Assembly: GCF_009914755.1 (NCBI RefSeq)
Contig: NC_060944.1
From: the human T2T-CHM13v2.0 reference genome, Homo sapiens
DNA: 64,000 nt
Reading direction: 5' to 3' (one strand)
Under the pieces are notes generated by a model, which saw only the letters and a list, made by a program, of their open reading frames with translations, made no database searches and was not told where the DNA came from. Both the position numbers and the translations under genes were made by a program. This document shows positions 59,349-64,000 of this stretch, piece by piece; the stretch's first letter is position 1, and each line of letters starts with the position of its first letter.

Positions 59349-60557
59349 AAATCTACTGTAGGATAGACAGATAATACAGGCATCTGGTGCAAGGAAGCTA
59401 AATTCCCGTGCTTGTATCAGTATCTTGTCTCTAGAACACAGGTGTCTCATGTCTACAACACTAACTGAGCATATACTCTTTTCAAAGGACTCATGGCTAT
59501 TGATTTTTAAAAAGCTTACAATTACTATACACACACACAAATAATTAAAATACTTGATTGCATGTAAAAATAAGTAAAAACAAAGCTGAGTCACATGTTC
59601 AGAAGAGGGGATGCTGATATGTTCTGATGGGATAGGACAGACATTGGCATTGAAGATGATCTTTCACTGTGCCTATCATCTTTATAGGTGAAGATGAAGA
59701 GGAAAGGCATTTAGGCAGTAAAATGCAAATAATATGAAATGCAAAGTGAAAGCCTGCCTCCCTGCCCTCACTCTGAATGTTATTATGCTGGGGTTGCCTT
59801 TACTATTTTGGTTTTTAGTTTTTCTGGTGTTTGCCTCCATCACACGAACTTATATTTACTTGTACCTCTATTTATTGATTTATCAGCCTCAAGAATGTTA
59901 CTCATAGTGGAATGACACTCATTGTGGAAGATAAGCAATTTGCTTCACTTACGTTCTCCTTCCCACATTTTTATTGATTATATTTCTTTTAAATTATTTC
60001 TTTGGTTACTCATTCAACATTAAATAATATACTCAAGCCTCTATATCCCCATTCATTACTTTTGGAGGATATCATTAACTGCCCACTCTGAGGAAATTAT
60101 CTCTCTCCAGTATAAAACAGGTGCTACAAGTCTAGCTCTTACTCCTGTGTAAAGCCAACCATGGGACTCTGATGTCATGGACTAAGAAAGAGCAGCAGAG
60201 CCTCAGCTCAGGCTTTCTTCCCCACACGCTCACTTTTAGTTATGAAAATGACTGGGAAGAGAACATGTGATTTTTATTGGCTTCTCCACTGGAAGATAGG
60301 CAGAGGAAAGGAAGTTCTGGGTAGGCTCTGGAGTGGTGGATAAACAATGAATATGCCACCAAAGATATATCCAAGTGTTTCCATGAGTGTGTTGTCTCAG
60401 AAAGTTATTTAACGACCACTTCTCAGGCAATAAAACTTGCACTCACAAAGATCGGAAGAAACATGGTTGTGCCCTGAATGTGAAGCTCAGACTCATTTAT
60501 TAAGGGCCATACTAAACACTGGGATCCACTCATGATTATACTTTTAATTAGTGCGAG

Positions 60558-60921
60558 TGATATGGCTTGGCTGTGTCCCCACCCAAATCTCATCCTGTAG
60601 CTCCCATAATTCCCACGTGTTGTGGGAGCCACCCAGTGGGAGATGATTGAATCATGGGGGTGGTCTTTCTCATGCTGTTCTCATGATAGTGAATAGGACT
60701 CACCAGATCTGATGGTTTTAAAAACAGAATTTTCTCTGCGCAAGCTCTCTCTTTGCCTACTGCCATCCATATAAGATGTGACTTGCTCCTCCTGGCCTTC
60801 CACCATGATTATGAGGCCTCTCCAGCCACATGGAACTGTGACTCCAGTTAAACCTCTTTCTTTTGTAAATTCCCCAGTCTCGGGTATGTCTTTATCAGGA
60901 GTGTGAAAACAGACTAATACC
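60558..60921 (+). mobile_element. THE1B-like MaLR solo LTR
   Basis: TGATATGGCTTGGCTGTGTCCCCACCCAAATCTCATC start; TSD (G/A)CGAG (60553-60557, 60922-60926). Confidence 0.95.
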
Positions 60922-61529
60922 ACGAGATCACCCATAACTTCTCAAACCGCCTGTACCCAGAAAGTATTGAGTGGAAATCAGTTAAGAATTTGGCTCTATT
61001 CTAACCTACCCCCTCCTCAGAGATGTCATTAACTACTTCCTTCTCTTTTTACTTTAATAGTATACTACGTTTCACTTTCCCATATTACATATGTCACAAG
61101 AGAATAGCTGTCAGTTCTTCAAGGATAGGACGTATGTGAAAATTCATCTTTGTATGAACAGCATCTAATACAGATCTTGGATGTGAATCAGATTATATTT
61201 ATTGCAATAAACTATTGCATTGCTTTTAAATTATTTTGATTTTATCTTTCCCACTGAACTGGGAACAACTTTATGATTAGACTCATATATTATTAATTTT
61301 TGTATCTTCTCCCTCTATCACTGTCTGTCACATGAGTTTCCATCACACAAGTTTGGGTTAGATATTTGTTGTATATTATAATTAATGAAAGGCTATGCAA
61401 AGTAAGCCCCTTAACTAGAAACTTCTCTTTTGGGATCATATACCCAGTTGACCCTTTAAAGAGTTAAACATTGTAGCAGAATTGTTTATTATATTTTGGT
61501 ATTATGTATCTTTTTTTAAAAAGTTCTGT

Positions 61530-61734
61530 TTCTTTTTAATTTTTTTAAACTTTTCGTTTCAGGGGTAAATGTGCAGGATCTTATACAGGTAAACTTGTAT
61601 CATGGGGGTTAGATTATTTCAACACCCAGGTACTAAGCATAGTACTCGATAGCTATTTTATTCTGCTCCTTTCCCTTCTCCCACTCTCCACCCTTGAGAC
61701 AGCCCCAGTGTCTCTTGTTCCCTCTTTGTGTCCA
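61530..61734 (-). mobile_element. older L1PA (PA15/16-like) 3' terminal fragment
   Basis: TTCAGGGGTAAATGTGCAGG...CACCCAGGTACTAAGCATAGTAC. Confidence 0.8.
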
Positions 61735-62239
61735 GTTTTTTTTTTTTTTTTTTTTTATTCCCATGTAACACCTGCTCTACTAGCCAATTTCTGGTCCCTC
61801 AGAATCTATTGTTGATCTAGTTCTCTATGTTAAGGCATGTTCTTCATTTCTTTAAAATGAACACACACACACACACACACATACGTACACACTCACGTAT
61901 GCCAAGCAGTGTCAATGCATTAATTATAACCAACTAATTTCATATACATGTGAATCAGCTTTGCAGATGCCTGTGTTTCACTTGTTTCAGGCAGGATGGG
62001 GAGAAGCAGGAAAACAATTCCAAAGTGCTTCTTATGGATGTAACTTTAGGATGAGGGACCACGTGCAGCAAAATGACAGTGTGGACCTAGCAGAAGAAGA
62101 GGTGATGTTAAAAAGGGAGGGACATGTTTTTTTTTTTAAATTGAAAATTGGTGTCTGTAGTTGATATATATTCATGTAGGTTTATACAGAACATTTATGA
62201 GACGTATGATAATTCTCAGGTGAGTGAGATTTTCAGACT

Positions 62240-62485
62240 GGCATTTTATTAACTTATGTTAAGAGCACGCCAGACACTGCTCTTGGTTTTTCACAAATGA
62301 TCCCATTGTATACCTACAATACCCCTAGGAGGAATATCTTTTCTTGTGCTCATTGCTGATGGGAAGACAGAAGCGCAGGGAGGAAAAAGGTTTTGCTAGT
62401 GTCACACAGCTAGTGGGTAGTGACGCTGGATTTGAATCCAGCCAGTCTGGCTCCAGTGCCCAAGCTCTCATAGCCATTACTCTAT
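62240..62485 (-). mobile_element. MIR SINE
   Basis: GTCACACAGCTAGTGGGTAG...GGATTTGAATCCAGCCAGTCTGGCTCCAG. Confidence 0.8.
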
Positions 62486-62664
62486 GAGGTCATATGTACC
62501 AGATGGATGAAACAGTCAGGGCTTAGGTTAGGGAGCCTCTGATAAAAAAGTGCTTCTAGCCAAGTTTATCATATGTGCAATGTGGACTCTCTTTATTTTA
62601 TTGTATATTTTTAAAATTAAAATGAACAGGAAAATTATCTAAATTTTTTAATCAACTACCTGAG

Positions 62665-63540
<876 letters not shown>

Positions 63541-64000
63541 AGATATTCATTGCAAAGTTTGAATTTAATTTTTGTGGGAGAATACTCCAGCTGCCTTTTA
63601 AACTATTCCATCTTGCTTGATCAGTAGAACTTCATAAGGAAATGTCCTCATTCTAGTGAGCAATATTTAGTCCTGCGAGACTAAGAAACCACTGGATTGA
63701 TTTGAGGACAGGTTGGAGAGACAAATGAATGCAGTTCTTTGGTGTAACACCTGTAGATTGTTTTTCTTATCCTCTTACAGCAGATAATACTTTAATAGAA
63801 CTGAGATTGTGACTGAGACAGGCAATGCTACATCAATTAAGATCACCAATGCATTGTGGAGGACAGACACAATGCACCTTGGCAGAACAGATGAATCAAT
63901 TTTTCACCTCGGTGGGCCAGAGCAGTAAAAGGAAATATTTCTGATGTATATGAAACTCATGACTAACATATGTTCATTTGGATGATACCCTCTTCCTACT

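Noticed and set aside
59060-59594. Pro/Ser-rich (104 aa) and Gly/Arg/Glu-rich (161 aa) ORFs
   Set aside because: Translations of the stop-free (CCTT)n tract.

Overview
Human nuclear DNA: AT-rich, CpG-poor and dominated by repeats. The AluYb8-type copy at 32.7-32.9 kb points to Homo sapiens. I find no recognisable protein-coding exon, RNA gene or CpG island. Every ORF with a recognisable protein match is a disrupted LINE-1 ORF1/ORF2 fragment; the rest are Alu, LTR or simple-repeat read-throughs, or chance ORFs. Contents: about 14 Alu copies or fragments; four L1PA insertions, three of them 5'-inverted (twin-primed) with readable TSDs; several old L1M blocks; about 19 solo LTRs (MaLR THE1/MST/MLT1, ERVL MLT2/LTR16, ERV1 LTR8/MER67/MER34-like/MER50), including a 5-kb nested stack at 39-44.5 kb; MIR, L2 and DNA-transposon relics. 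LTRs show no clear strand bias, which suggests intergenic or weakly transcribed DNA (inference). Best leads: an ungapped 130-bp, 91.5%-identical local copy of part of an ancient MLT1 LTR (26.3 vs 27.4 kb); a CTCF/CCAAT element that retains CpGs (19.2-19.5 kb); the cluster of inverted L1 insertions; a head-to-head Alu pair 95 bp apart; and an AP-1/GATA-rich LTR8. I cannot support a new biological system from this sequence alone. Subfamily names come from recalled consensus sequences and need RepeatMasker/Dfam confirmation; boundaries of old elements are approximate.
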